Shown here: piece after piece, positions 53,957 through 63,195 of the stretch
How positions within the stretch are numbered: the stretch's first letter is position 1
Layout: each line of letters begins with the position of its first letter
Source: a virus
Lineage: Duplodnaviria > Caudoviricetes
Length of the DNA: 64,000 nt
Direction: 5' to 3' (one strand)
Virus record (IMG/VR): IMGVR_UViG_3300033120_000231
Coordinates: 1-64,000 of that record
Notes under the pieces: generated by a model
The model's input: only the letters and a program-made list of their open reading frames with translations
Database searches by the model: none
What the model was told of the DNA's origin: nothing
Program-made: the position numbers and the translations under genes

Positions 53957-54292
53957 ATGTCAACCCATAAAGAAACCCGCCTTGTTCATTGCTACGATCC
54001 TGTAGCGTTTGTAATCGCTGTTGAGCAAGGTGTCAAGGATGGCTTCAGCCTAGACCTTGTGACTCCAGAGCACTACCCGCAACAGATTGGTTTCCAGTTC
54101 ATCTGCACGATGGTAAAGGATGAACAACAAGAAGTCAAGAACCATCAGAAGGCTCAAGAAGAGGCTGTAGCAGAACAGACTACCGAAGGTACTCAAGAGC
54201 AATCTGAGGCTGCTGTAGAGGCTCCTAAGAAGGCTGAAACGGCTACACAAGACGTTAAGGCGAAGCCTGGACGGCCTGCTAAGGGTAAGTAA
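53957..54292 (+). CDS. Hypothetical protein with low-complexity tail
   Basis: AAGGA RBS; KPGRPAK tail. Confidence 0.75.
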   Translation: MSTHKETRLVHCYDPVAFVIAVEQGVKDGFSLDLVTPEHYPQQIGFQFICTMVKDEQQEVKNHQKAQEEAVAEQTTEGTQEQSEAAVEAPKKAETATQDVKAKPGRPAKGK

Positions 54293-54321
54293 GGTTTAAC
54301 ACAAAGTAAAGGAGAATACTT

Positions 54322-55074
54322 TTGACAACAGCACGTAAGGTTACAAGGAAGACTCGTTCCGATGCAGGAACGACACGAACAGTAAAGCCTAAATTTATGG
54401 AAGAGCGTCAGCAGAAGGTTCAGTCAAAACCGATTGTCCCTATGAACGACAAGCAGCGAGAGTACATTGAACTTATTAATGAGAAAAATGTTATTGTAGC
54501 TACTGGCTATCCGGGCACAAGCAAGACGTACCTTCCAACAGCAATTGCAGCAGACTTGTACAAACTTGGGCAGATTAATAAAATTTATATCACACGACCT
54601 GCTGTTAGTACAAGTAAGTCAATAGGCTATACAAAAGGTTCATTTTTAGAAAAAATGACCCCTTGGCTGGGAGGGGTAATTCCAATCTTTCAAGAACGTC
54701 TTGGTAAACCTGAGTTTGAGATTGCATTGGAGGCCGAAGACATTACTTATATTCCAATGGAGACAATCAAGGGTATGTCTATCTCTGACGGGTGGCTTTT
54801 GGTTGAAGAGGCAAGTGATCTTACGAAAGATGAAGTAATTAAAATCGTTACTCGCATGGGCAAAGGGAGCAAACTGATTCTTTCTGGCGATATTCGGCAG
54901 TCAGAGCTAAAAGAAACATCCGGCCTTGCGTGGATGGCTGATTTTGTAAATCGGCACAATCTAAATAAGAACTTTGGTTTTATTGATTTTAACGATGTTA
55001 ATGATATCGTTCGCAGTAATACAGTCAGAGAATTTATCGTGTGTCTTGTGCGTGATGAGAAGAAAGGTAATTAA
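54322..55074 (+). CDS. phoH: PhoH-family ATPase
   Basis: GYPGTSKT, ITRP, VEEASD, SGDIRQSE and DIVRS motifs. Confidence 0.92.
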   Translation: MTTARKVTRKTRSDAGTTRTVKPKFMEERQQKVQSKPIVPMNDKQREYIELINEKNVIVATGYPGTSKTYLPTAIAADLYKLGQINKIYITRPAVSTSKSIGYTKGSFLEKMTPWLGGVIPIFQERLGKPEFEIALEAEDITYIPMETIKGMSISDGWLLVEEASDLTKDEVIKIVTRMGKGSKLILSGDIRQSELKETSGLAWMADFVNRHNLNKNFGFIDFNDVNDIVRSNTVREFIVCLVRDEKKGN

Positions 55075-55688
55075 TGAGCAGAGCAATTAAAGATTATAAT
55101 TCCGTAGACTGGAACTCTTTGTTCTATTACGACAGTAATTCTCCAACAGGGCTTTCGTGGAAAACAGATCGCATGGCAGGTAAATGGATGACAATTTTCG
55201 CTGCAAGAAAAGGAGATTTTGCAGGCAATATCCATTTCAATAAGAAGAAGAAGAACACCAAGTATGCAACCGTCCCACACGCAGGTACGAATTGGTTTGC
55301 TCATAGAGTTATTTGGATTATGGAAAATGGTTATCTAGATAAAGAGAAGGTCGTTGATCACATTGATTGTAACTCCCTCAATAATGAACTTTCAAACCTT
55401 CGGATTGTTGAACAAGAATTGAATGTAAAGAACTGTCCTAAACGTAAAGACAATAACACAGGAGAGTCAGGTGTTCATTTCACAAAGTCCAAAGGTAGAA
55501 AAGTAGACTCGTACACCTATGCAACCGCAACGTGGTATCCAGAGAGTAATAAGAGAATGTGTAAGCATTTCTCAGTTAACTCTATGGGTCTTCTACCAGC
55601 GTTCAAAGCAGCAGTAGAGTACCGTCGCAAGATGATTGAAGAACTGAACGCTCAAGGCGCAGGTTATACAGAAAATCATGGTAAATAA
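55074..55688 (+). CDS. HNH homing endonuclease (HNH plus AP2-like domain)
   Basis: AHRVIW...VDHIDCNSLNNELSNLR, NNTGESGV. Confidence 0.9.
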   Translation: MSRAIKDYNSVDWNSLFYYDSNSPTGLSWKTDRMAGKWMTIFAARKGDFAGNIHFNKKKKNTKYATVPHAGTNWFAHRVIWIMENGYLDKEKVVDHIDCNSLNNELSNLRIVEQELNVKNCPKRKDNNTGESGVHFTKSKGRKVDSYTYATATWYPESNKRMCKHFSVNSMGLLPAFKAAVEYRRKMIEELNAQGAGYTENHGK

Positions 55689-55700
55689 GAAAGGGCAAGT

Positions 55701-55955
55701 ATGACTGATTCAGAACTAGCAACTAAAGCTCAAGGTATTGCTCGTTGTCTTTCTTATAATGGAAATGAACACGAAGCTGCAGCAAAGCACATTCTTCTAG
55801 AAATGGCACATAGACTGGATAACCAAGTTTCTCGTGTTCATAAAAAGAAAGACGGATTTCTGATTGTGAATGCAAGGGGCGGTTCACGCTTTCTTACGTT
55901 CAAAGAATCAATGCTATACCGATTCTTCGGTGTTCTTCCAAATAAAGTACGATGA
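55701..55955 (+). CDS. Hypothetical protein
   Basis: In-operon ORF. Confidence 0.65.
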   Translation: MTDSELATKAQGIARCLSYNGNEHEAAAKHILLEMAHRLDNQVSRVHKKKDGFLIVNARGGSRFLTFKESMLYRFFGVLPNKVR

Positions 55956-56647
55956 AAGGAAAAATGATGAACAAGAAATTCACACGAAACAACGATGAAG
56001 ACGACGAAGATGATGAGTTTTCTAGTCAAAAAAAGGTTCAATATTACAAAAAAGCACACCCTTCTTTTGAGTTGATTGTTAATTTGAATAATCAAGTCAT
56101 GGGGCCTGATCACTACTTTGACTTGGTTGAGGAAATGGAGTCTTTGACCGAAAATGATATTGTTGACCTCAAGGTAAATTCACCCGGTGGCCGACTTGAC
56201 GGCTTGGTTTATTTGGTAAATGCTATCAGAGACTGTGAAGCCCCTGTCATTGGTACATTAAGTGGAGAAGCAGCCAGTGCTGCTACAGTACTCCTGTTGT
56301 CGTGCGATGGTTTACGAATCAAACCGTACTCTACGATGATGCTTCACTCAGCAAGTTTTGGTGGGTATAATCATCAGTCCAATATGGTGAGTCAAACTGT
56401 ATTTGTAGACAAGCAAGCACGAAAGATTCTTACAGATGCGTATCAGGATTTCGTTTCCCCATCAGAACTGGATTCTATTTTCTCTGGACTTGAACTTCGA
56501 CTGGACTATGACCAAATCATCGAACGCCTTGAACGCAGGGATGAAATTCGTAAGCAACGTTTCCAAGAAGAGATTGAAGCACGGGAGAGGGCTGAGAATG
56601 AACCCAAGAAACCCTCCCGTAAGAAAAAGGAACCCTCTCAGGCATGA
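55952..56647 (+). CDS. ClpP-like serine protease
   Basis: VNSPGG, AASAAT (catalytic Ser) and MMLHSAS (His) motifs. Confidence 0.85.
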   Translation: MKGKMMNKKFTRNNDEDDEDDEFSSQKKVQYYKKAHPSFELIVNLNNQVMGPDHYFDLVEEMESLTENDIVDLKVNSPGGRLDGLVYLVNAIRDCEAPVIGTLSGEAASAATVLLLSCDGLRIKPYSTMMLHSASFGGYNHQSNMVSQTVFVDKQARKILTDAYQDFVSPSELDSIFSGLELRLDYDQIIERLERRDEIRKQRFQEEIEARERAENEPKKPSRKKKEPSQA

Positions 56648-57144
56648 ACAAGCAATCTCTAGAGCGACTAAAAGAGCTTCTGGAGTACAACCCTGAGACT
56701 GGTAAGGTGACTATAAAGAAATCTCAACGTACTCTTACGTGCGATAACGATGGAATTGTAGTCATCTTTGATTCTAAAGCCAAGCCTAAAACAAGAAAGT
56801 ATAAACTAGAACGCATTGCGTACTACTTGGCTTTTTCTACGATGCCAAGGGAAGATCAAAAGGTTCTTCACAAGAATCTTGATACAGAAGACAACAGAAT
56901 TCAAAATCTTTCCTTAGTGTCTAGAACAGTTTTCAGGCAAATCAAAGAAGCTCACAGAAATCTTACTGGTGGGATACACATCATACCTCATGCTACTGAT
57001 CAGTTCTCTTATATCTTGAAATGGTTTGAGAATGGGATTGAGAAAAGTAAGATTATTCAAGATATTGTTGTTGCTAGGAGACAGCAGTTGAGATTGCAAT
57101 TGAAGTACAGTAAGATATTAACAAAATATTGTGTTTTTGATTAG
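56644..57144 (+). CDS. HNH-like endonuclease (possibly degenerate)
   Basis: LKELLEYNPETG...ERIAY...VLHKNLDTEDNRIQNL. Confidence 0.7.
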   Translation: MNKQSLERLKELLEYNPETGKVTIKKSQRTLTCDNDGIVVIFDSKAKPKTRKYKLERIAYYLAFSTMPREDQKVLHKNLDTEDNRIQNLSLVSRTVFRQIKEAHRNLTGGIHIIPHATDQFSYILKWFENGIEKSKIIQDIVVARRQQLRLQLKYSKILTKYCVFD

Positions 57145-57172
57145 CACTCTATTAAAAATAAACGTATTTGAC

Positions 57173-57201
57173 TAGACTTTTAGATATTTTGATGGTATAA
57201 T
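57173..57201 (+). promoter_or_regulatory. sigma70 promoter upstream of the tRNA region
   Basis: TAGACT-17-TATAAT with TG extension. Confidence 0.7.
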
Positions 57202-57249
57202 CAAGATTAGTAATAAATCAATTAAAGCTTTACTCAAGTTCAATGACCT

Positions 57250-57396
57250 CCGGTGTGTATTCTGGGTCTTTAATCTCCTTTCAACTCAGGTTAACTTCAC
57301 ATCTACTCCTTCTAGTGAGCCACTGAGTAAAGCCTAACTGTCTGTGTTCACTGTATGTTTACATGCGGTCTACGGCAGACCCAGAACCATCACTGG
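57250..57396 (+). ncRNA. Candidate structured RNA with two CUCCUU (anti-SD) motifs
   Basis: Closing stem TTCTGGGTCT (57260) / AGACCCAGAA (57377) plus CCGGTG/CACTGG; CTCCTT at 57275 and 57306. Confidence 0.45.
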
Positions 57397-57432
57397 GACT
57401 TACATCAACTAATAATAAGAACAACAAACATC

Positions 57433-57609
57433 ATGGCTATTTGCACAACTTGCCAAAGATACTACAGGCAATCTCAATACAATTCCTCAGATCAATGTGA
57501 TGAATGCATTGATTCACTGAAGGTTACTCTTTTTGATGAAGAGGACACTCTTGAGGTTGAGCATTTGCTTAATCCGTCAGGTTCTACACGGCCTGTGTTT
57601 TATGATTGA
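57433..57609 (+). CDS. Small Zn-finger protein
   Basis: CTTC...CDEC. Confidence 0.6.
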   Translation: MAICTTCQRYYRQSQYNSSDQCDECIDSLKVTLFDEEDTLEVEHLLNPSGSTRPVFYD

Positions 57610-57626
57610 AAATTAAGGAAAATAAA

Positions 57627-57674
57627 ATGGCATGTAAACCTGGTAAACCTTCTCCTAAACCGCCGAAGAAGTAA
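57627..57674 (+). CDS. 15-aa Lys/Pro-rich micropeptide
   Basis: MACKPGKPSPKPPKK; AAGGA RBS. Confidence 0.45.
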   Translation: MACKPGKPSPKPPKK

Positions 57675-57750
57675 TTTTATAATGTATCTCATAGTGAACA
57701 TTTTGTCTTATTTTTGATGAAGTGTTCATTCTAAGAAACACTTTCAGTAC

Positions 57751-57826
57751 GCAGCATTCGTCTATCGGTTTAGGACATTTGGTTTTCATCCAAATAAGAG
57801 CAGTTCAACTCTGCTATGCTGTACCA
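57751..57826 (+). tRNA. tRNA-Glu (UUC)
   Basis: Acceptor GCAGCAT/ATGCTGT+A+CCA; anticodon stem TTTGG/CCAAA with loop TTTTCAT; T-arm AGCAG-TTCAACT-CTGCT. Confidence 0.9.
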
Positions 57827-57834
57827 AATAATCA

Positions 57835-57920
57835 GGAGATGTGGCCGAGTGGTTGAAGGCGACGGACTGTAAATTCGTTCTGTAAAAAGCACAGTGGTTC
57901 AAATCCATTCATCTCCACCA
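57835..57920 (+). tRNA. tRNA-Tyr (GUA)
   Basis: GGAGATG...CATCTCC+A+CCA; loop CTGTAAA; long variable arm; GGTTCAAATCC. Confidence 0.95.
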
Positions 57921-57970
57921 AACAAGGGTTTATCCCTAATCATCCACGCTACCGGTGGAACGTTATGGTT

Positions 57971-58064
57971 CTGGCAGCACCGCCAAGTGCTTCAGGTGTC
58001 ATAATAGGTTAATCTAGTGCGCTTGCGTTATCAACGCAGGTAAGGGCTTGTAATGAGCTGCCAG
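57971..58064 (+). ncRNA. Candidate ~94-nt structured RNA after tRNA-Tyr
   Basis: Terminal stem CTGGCAGC/GCTGCCAG; internal hairpins GCAC-CGCCAA-GTGC and TGCGTT-ATC-AACGCA. Confidence 0.4.
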
Positions 58065-58100
58065 CACTCCTGTATTCTAGTAAGCAGGAACTATTCATTC

Positions 58101-58120
58101 AGCCCGTATATCGGGCTTTA
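58101..58120 (+). terminator. Hairpin, possible terminator, before terS
   Basis: AGCCCG-TATAT-CGGGCT plus a short T-run. Confidence 0.5.
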
Positions 58121-58137
58121 GTATTTGGAGAATACAT

Positions 58138-58530
58138 ATGGTGTTTAAAGCACGAAAAGACAATGGTGGGAAGGTCGATGCTGCGATTAATACCCGTGGA
58201 AGACCCCTAAAGAAAGATGAAAAGACGCTCACGCGAAGAGAAGCTAAAGATAAAGAGATGCTTACTCTTGCGAGAAAGCTTAAACCAGGGGCACAAGTTG
58301 CTTTGAAGGAAGCCTTGAAGATTTTGAATAATGAAAAGGCTAGTGAAGCTGCGAAGTTGAAGGCTGCTGAGATTTATTTGAAGTATTTTACGTTGACTAT
58401 GGATAAGCTCTATGCGCCTTCAGGTGATGGGGAGGTTCCTGAAAGCGAAACCAAGGTAGAAGACGTGCAGCCACAGAATAATCAACCAATTTTGTCTTTG
58501 AGAATTATACAACCAGAACAACAAGAATAA
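58138..58530 (+). CDS. Terminase small subunit (putative)
   Basis: INTRGRP N-terminal motif; directly before terL. Confidence 0.7.
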   Translation: MVFKARKDNGGKVDAAINTRGRPLKKDEKTLTRREAKDKEMLTLARKLKPGAQVALKEALKILNNEKASEAAKLKAAEIYLKYFTLTMDKLYAPSGDGEVPESETKVEDVQPQNNQPILSLRIIQPEQQE

Positions 58531-58538
58531 GGATTTAA

Positions 58539-60017
58539 ATGGATAGTCCGATTGTAATTGCACCAGCAAGTATTCCTCAAGAGCAAGCATTAAACTCGAC
58601 GAGTGACATAACCTTGTACGGTGGGGCAGCAGGATCGGGCAAGACATATACTCTTCTGATCACTGCTTTGCGGTTTATGATGGTTCCGAAGTCAACTGGA
58701 GTAATCTTCCGTAGAACTTCAAAAATGCTTGATGCTCCTGGGTCTATTTGGCAAGAAGCTGTGGTGATGTACACCACGATTTTTCCTGAGATTAAGATTA
58801 GGGATCGTGAACATGAAGTGATTTTTAAGAACGGAAGTGTTCTTAAATTCAGTCACATGCAGCACGAGAAGAATGCATTTGATCACAAAGGTGGGCAGTA
58901 CTCGTTTGTGGCGTTTGATGAGGCCACCGATTTTTCAGAGATGCAAATCCTGTTTTTGCTCTCACGTATGCGTAATGCAAACGTATCCTACACACCACAA
59001 ATGTACCTCTGTACAAATCCAAATTACCATAGTTTTCTTCGTAAGTGGATTCAAGATTTCTATCTTAATCCTGTTGACGGAACACCAATTACTAAACGTT
59101 CTAATATAGAGCGATATTTTGTCAGACGTGGTAATGAAATGGTGTGGTATGACAATCGAGCAGATGCAGAAGCTATTTATGGCACAGGCCCAACAAGTGG
59201 TGTCCGCTCTTTTCGTTTTTGCAGTGCTAAAATTTGGGATAACCCCTTTCTAAGAGATAGTGATTACCTGTCTAATTTGATGGCACTTGATCGAGTACAG
59301 CGTTTAATCATGCTAGAAGGATCATGGACAGCTAGGGCAGAAACATCCGGGTACTGGCATAGAAATAACGTTGAGATTATAGAATATGCTCCTGAGAAAG
59401 TAAAGCAGCGTGTTCTTGCAGTAGATTTTGCCTTCTCAGTTCCGAGCGAAACCGTGCCTGATCCTGATAGTACTGCTTTTGTACTAATGTCTAAAGATAT
59501 GCACAATGTTTATACTGTAGAGCATGTTTACACAATGCAAGACAGGGTACATACCGTTGAAGAAAAGTTATTTCAACTTGCTGAAACTTTTGGTAGAGAT
59601 GTAATCTACAGCATTCCGATTGACCCTAATGCACAAGCAGGGGCTTATGCAAGAGATTTACAACGTAGATTAGCAGAAAAAGGTTTTACCTGTAAGTTAC
59701 AAAAGCCTGTCAAATCTAAATTGGTTCGCTTTCAACCATTTGCATCTGTCACCGAAGCTAGGTTTGTTAGAGTAGTCCGTGGGGATTGGAATGATAGTTA
59801 CTTTGACCAACTTGAAATTTTTGATGGTACTAAAAAGTATCACGATGACATGGTTGATGCAACTGCAGATGCTTTCCTTGTTTTGAACAAGGGAATAGAA
59901 ATTCCTATGATGACGCTTCCTAATCTTTCAATGACAGGTCAATCTATGCCATCTTTCCACAATTCATACGGACAAGGTAAAACTTCTTTTACGCTACCGT
60001 CATTCAATATTAAATAA
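58539..60017 (+). CDS. terL: Terminase large subunit
   Basis: Walker A YGGAAGSGKT, Walker B AFDEAT, motif III CTNP, nuclease VDFA and HDDMVDA. Confidence 0.95.
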   Translation: MDSPIVIAPASIPQEQALNSTSDITLYGGAAGSGKTYTLLITALRFMMVPKSTGVIFRRTSKMLDAPGSIWQEAVVMYTTIFPEIKIRDREHEVIFKNGSVLKFSHMQHEKNAFDHKGGQYSFVAFDEATDFSEMQILFLLSRMRNANVSYTPQMYLCTNPNYHSFLRKWIQDFYLNPVDGTPITKRSNIERYFVRRGNEMVWYDNRADAEAIYGTGPTSGVRSFRFCSAKIWDNPFLRDSDYLSNLMALDRVQRLIMLEGSWTARAETSGYWHRNNVEIIEYAPEKVKQRVLAVDFAFSVPSETVPDPDSTAFVLMSKDMHNVYTVEHVYTMQDRVHTVEEKLFQLAETFGRDVIYSIPIDPNAQAGAYARDLQRRLAEKGFTCKLQKPVKSKLVRFQPFASVTEARFVRVVRGDWNDSYFDQLEIFDGTKKYHDDMVDATADAFLVLNKGIEIPMMTLPNLSMTGQSMPSFHNSYGQGKTSFTLPSFNIK

Positions 60018-60026
60018 GGGAGCCTC

Positions 60027-61487
60027 ATGGTTGCAAGAAAGAAAACAGTTACAAAGGCAGTTATTAGTCCTTTGGATCAGCCAGAGAGGTTTAGACTCGG
60101 TGAACTTGGTAGCCTTGGCCTTCGGGTGTATAGTGGAGTTACACAAGACGAACTCAAACGAGAGTTGAACTGGCCTCATAGTATTAATACTTTTCGTGAA
60201 ATGTCGTACCATTCGGCTATCAACGCCCCGTTGACTCTTTTTGAAAACATTATCTCTAGGGCTACTTGGGTTTACAAACCACCAGAGAATGCTACAGAAG
60301 AAGAGAAGAATCAAGTCAAAATCATCAATCAAATGATGCAAGACATGGATCAATCATGGCCTGAGTTTGTGCGAGATATCCTAAGCTCCAACATATTTGG
60401 ATTCTCTGTGCATGAGAAGGTATATCGTAAGCGTCTGAAGGCTAATGGCAGTCTTTATGATGACGGTGTTATCGGTTGGAAGAGACTTCCTATTCGTGTT
60501 CAAGAAAGTATTTCTAAGTTTATCTTTTCTGAAGATGGGAATGATGTTATTGGTGTGCAGCAGAATCTTTCTGCTATCAATGATATTTATAACCGTTTTA
60601 GTAAGCGTAGTAATCTTATTAATCTCCCACGAAGTAAGTTTATGCTTTTCCGCACAGGAAAACATCGTGGTGATCCTTTCGGAAAATCCCCTTTGCGTGA
60701 TGCATACCTCGCTTGGAGGTTCTTGACTCAACTTGAGGAGCTTGAGGCACTTGGAGTAGCAAAGGATTTAAACGGAATTCCAGTTCTGAGTTTGCCTCCA
60801 CAAGTGCTTGCTGCTGATGGTGATCAGGAACAAAGATTGTACTTTGAAAATGCTATCCGTAATCTGCAAGTCGGTGAACAGATGGGTATTATTTTGCCAA
60901 GTCTTTACGATGAGCAAGGCAAACCTTTGTATGATATTAAGTTACTTTCATCTGATGGTAAGAAGAACTTTGATCTGAATAAGATTAAAGAGTACTACCG
61001 TGGTTTGATCTTTATCTCTTTGTTCGCAGACATACTTTTACAAGGTGTAGGAACCACTGGCTCTTTTGCTTTAGGCGCTATTAAAAATAGTCTCTCGGGG
61101 GCTTATGCGGAGCGATTGATTTCTAACATTGCTGAAGTTATTCAAAATGATTTGATTCGGCAAACGTATGAAATTAATTTGTGGTCAACTGAACGTATGG
61201 GTAAACTTGATTTTGATGGTCTAGATAATACAGACATTGAGAGTTTGAGTAAGTATCTGCAACGTGTTGCGTCTGTTGGGTTGCTTGAAAAAGATCGTGC
61301 TGTACTGAATGCTGTACGTCAAGGTATTGGCATTGATCCTTTGCCAGAAGATTTACCACCCCAGCAAGATTTGTTGACACCGGAAACAAGCAGGGCTTCG
61401 GATGGAATGGTTTCGCCAGGGGATGGAACCGCTACTAACGTAAGTGGTCAAGATACATCTTCAAATAATCTTGAAAATGTTGGATAG
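60027..61487 (+). CDS. Portal protein
   Basis: Follows terL; GFSVHEKVY, GKSPLRDAY and GSFALG motifs. Confidence 0.9.
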   Translation: MVARKKTVTKAVISPLDQPERFRLGELGSLGLRVYSGVTQDELKRELNWPHSINTFREMSYHSAINAPLTLFENIISRATWVYKPPENATEEEKNQVKIINQMMQDMDQSWPEFVRDILSSNIFGFSVHEKVYRKRLKANGSLYDDGVIGWKRLPIRVQESISKFIFSEDGNDVIGVQQNLSAINDIYNRFSKRSNLINLPRSKFMLFRTGKHRGDPFGKSPLRDAYLAWRFLTQLEELEALGVAKDLNGIPVLSLPPQVLAADGDQEQRLYFENAIRNLQVGEQMGIILPSLYDEQGKPLYDIKLLSSDGKKNFDLNKIKEYYRGLIFISLFADILLQGVGTTGSFALGAIKNSLSGAYAERLISNIAEVIQNDLIRQTYEINLWSTERMGKLDFDGLDNTDIESLSKYLQRVASVGLLEKDRAVLNAVRQGIGIDPLPEDLPPQQDLLTPETSRASDGMVSPGDGTATNVSGQDTSSNNLENVG

Positions 61488-61505
61488 TTTTGTTTTAAGA
61501 CCAGT

Positions 61506-62345
61506 ATGGAAGTTATAAAACAATTTGACTACGTTCCCAGTAAGTTCTATGTTTATGTCCACCGGAGAGTTACCGATAACAGGGTATTCTACGTTGGGAA
61601 GGGACATAGTTCTAGGGGATGGAAGTCCACAGGTAGAAATAATTTGTGGCATAAAGTTGCAAAGAAGAATGGGGTTGTCTGTGAGATTGTCAAAGACAAC
61701 CTGGACGAAGAATTAAGTTTTACTCTTGAAAGAGATTTAATTTCTTTTTATGGAAGAATTGATCTTAGTACAGGCCCACTGGTGAACTTTACAGATGGTG
61801 GAGAAGGAAGGTCTGGTGGGGTAATTTCTGAGAAGTCTATTGCTAAACAAAAAGAGTCTGCTAAAAATAGCCAAGCCTGTAAGGACTACCACAAATCCAT
61901 GAGTCGGAAGATAATCATGGATGAGTCTATTTGTTTTGAGAGTTCTAGAAAATGTGCCATGTATGTTGCTGACTTGTATAACAAACAAGAACAGAATATA
62001 AAAATTTGTCATGTAGCTAACTTAAAAGCATACTCTTATCTGGGGCATGTATTTAGGTGGGTTGAATCAAATAAGGATGAGTTTTACCAAGCACAATCTG
62101 AAATAAAAATTACTAAGAAGCAAGAAAAGATTCGGAAAATGAAGGCATGCCCTTACGAGTCTCGTAAACGTAAGATTCAACGGAGTGATGGTGTGATCTT
62201 TAGTTCAGTGTTAGAGGCATCGCAGTCTTTTGTAAATAATGGGAAGGCTAAAAATCTCAAGAGTGCTAAGTCCACACTCAACGCAGCTTTAAGGGGTGAA
62301 ACAGTTACTGCCTTTGGCTACCAATGGAAGGTAATTGATAAATGA
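61506..62345 (+). CDS. GIY-YIG homing endonuclease with NUMOD1-like tail
   Basis: FYVYVHRR...FYVGKG...ERDLISFYGR...LVNFTDGGEG; FGYQWK. Confidence 0.88.
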   Translation: MEVIKQFDYVPSKFYVYVHRRVTDNRVFYVGKGHSSRGWKSTGRNNLWHKVAKKNGVVCEIVKDNLDEELSFTLERDLISFYGRIDLSTGPLVNFTDGGEGRSGGVISEKSIAKQKESAKNSQACKDYHKSMSRKIIMDESICFESSRKCAMYVADLYNKQEQNIKICHVANLKAYSYLGHVFRWVESNKDEFYQAQSEIKITKKQEKIRKMKACPYESRKRKIQRSDGVIFSSVLEASQSFVNNGKAKNLKSAKSTLNAALRGETVTAFGYQWKVIDK

Positions 62346-63163
62346 CAACCGCCCAAATTCTCCCCGTGTCCTCCGGCACGGGGTTTACTGATGTCTACAC
62401 TGCCTCTACTACACCTGTAGGCACAAAGCTACTCATCCAGAACCTTAGCAGTTCTGCACTGTTAATCTGTCTCCATTCCACCGCTCAAGAACACGGGATA
62501 GTTCTCTTACCTTTTGAGCAGTTTGTAGTTCCAGCAGGTTCCCTTGGTTGCTTTGTAAAAAGCACCACAGGTTACGGCGGGGTAGTTGCTGTTGAACTTG
62601 GTGCATGGAACATTATTGGTGCTCCAATTGATTATAGAGTTTATACCGGGCTTAAGGGGCTTACTACTCAATCTTTCACCGAAGCAAACGTAAAGAATGG
62701 TTCCCAATGGGAGGTATCGTTTGAGAACACATCTCTTGCTTCTGGTGCTTCCTCCGATCTTGTAATGATTACTGGAAACCAGTACGTTTTGATTAAAAAT
62801 AAGTCGATTAATTTTACTGGTTCTGGTATTGAAGTGGCTGTGTATAAGACTCCTACATATACTGGTGGTTCTAATCTCTCTATTTATAACTTACATTCAG
62901 GCATATCTACTCCACCACTTACTGTATTTAAATCTGGGGCAACAGTCTCTAATGCAGGAACAGAAATGGCAGCTAGAACATACTCTTATGGGTCAGATAC
63001 TAATGCAAATCAGGCTATTGGTGCATTTCATGCAGCAGGTATTGAGAGGGTTATTCCTCCTAACGAAGTGTGTGTATTGAGGGTTACTAACAAAGCAGCT
63101 ATACCGATCAAGGTTGCTGGATACATTACCTTCTACGAAGGTGAGATTAGTAGCCTAAATTAG
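62342..63163 (+). CDS. Beta-rich hypothetical protein, probably virion-associated
   Basis: Gly/Ser/Thr-rich; located in the head module. Confidence 0.6.
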   Translation: MTTAQILPVSSGTGFTDVYTASTTPVGTKLLIQNLSSSALLICLHSTAQEHGIVLLPFEQFVVPAGSLGCFVKSTTGYGGVVAVELGAWNIIGAPIDYRVYTGLKGLTTQSFTEANVKNGSQWEVSFENTSLASGASSDLVMITGNQYVLIKNKSINFTGSGIEVAVYKTPTYTGGSNLSIYNLHSGISTPPLTVFKSGATVSNAGTEMAARTYSYGSDTNANQAIGAFHAAGIERVIPPNEVCVLRVTNKAAIPIKVAGYITFYEGEISSLN

Positions 63164-63195
63164 ACAGCTTCAGATAAGTTAATTCAATAATTCAC

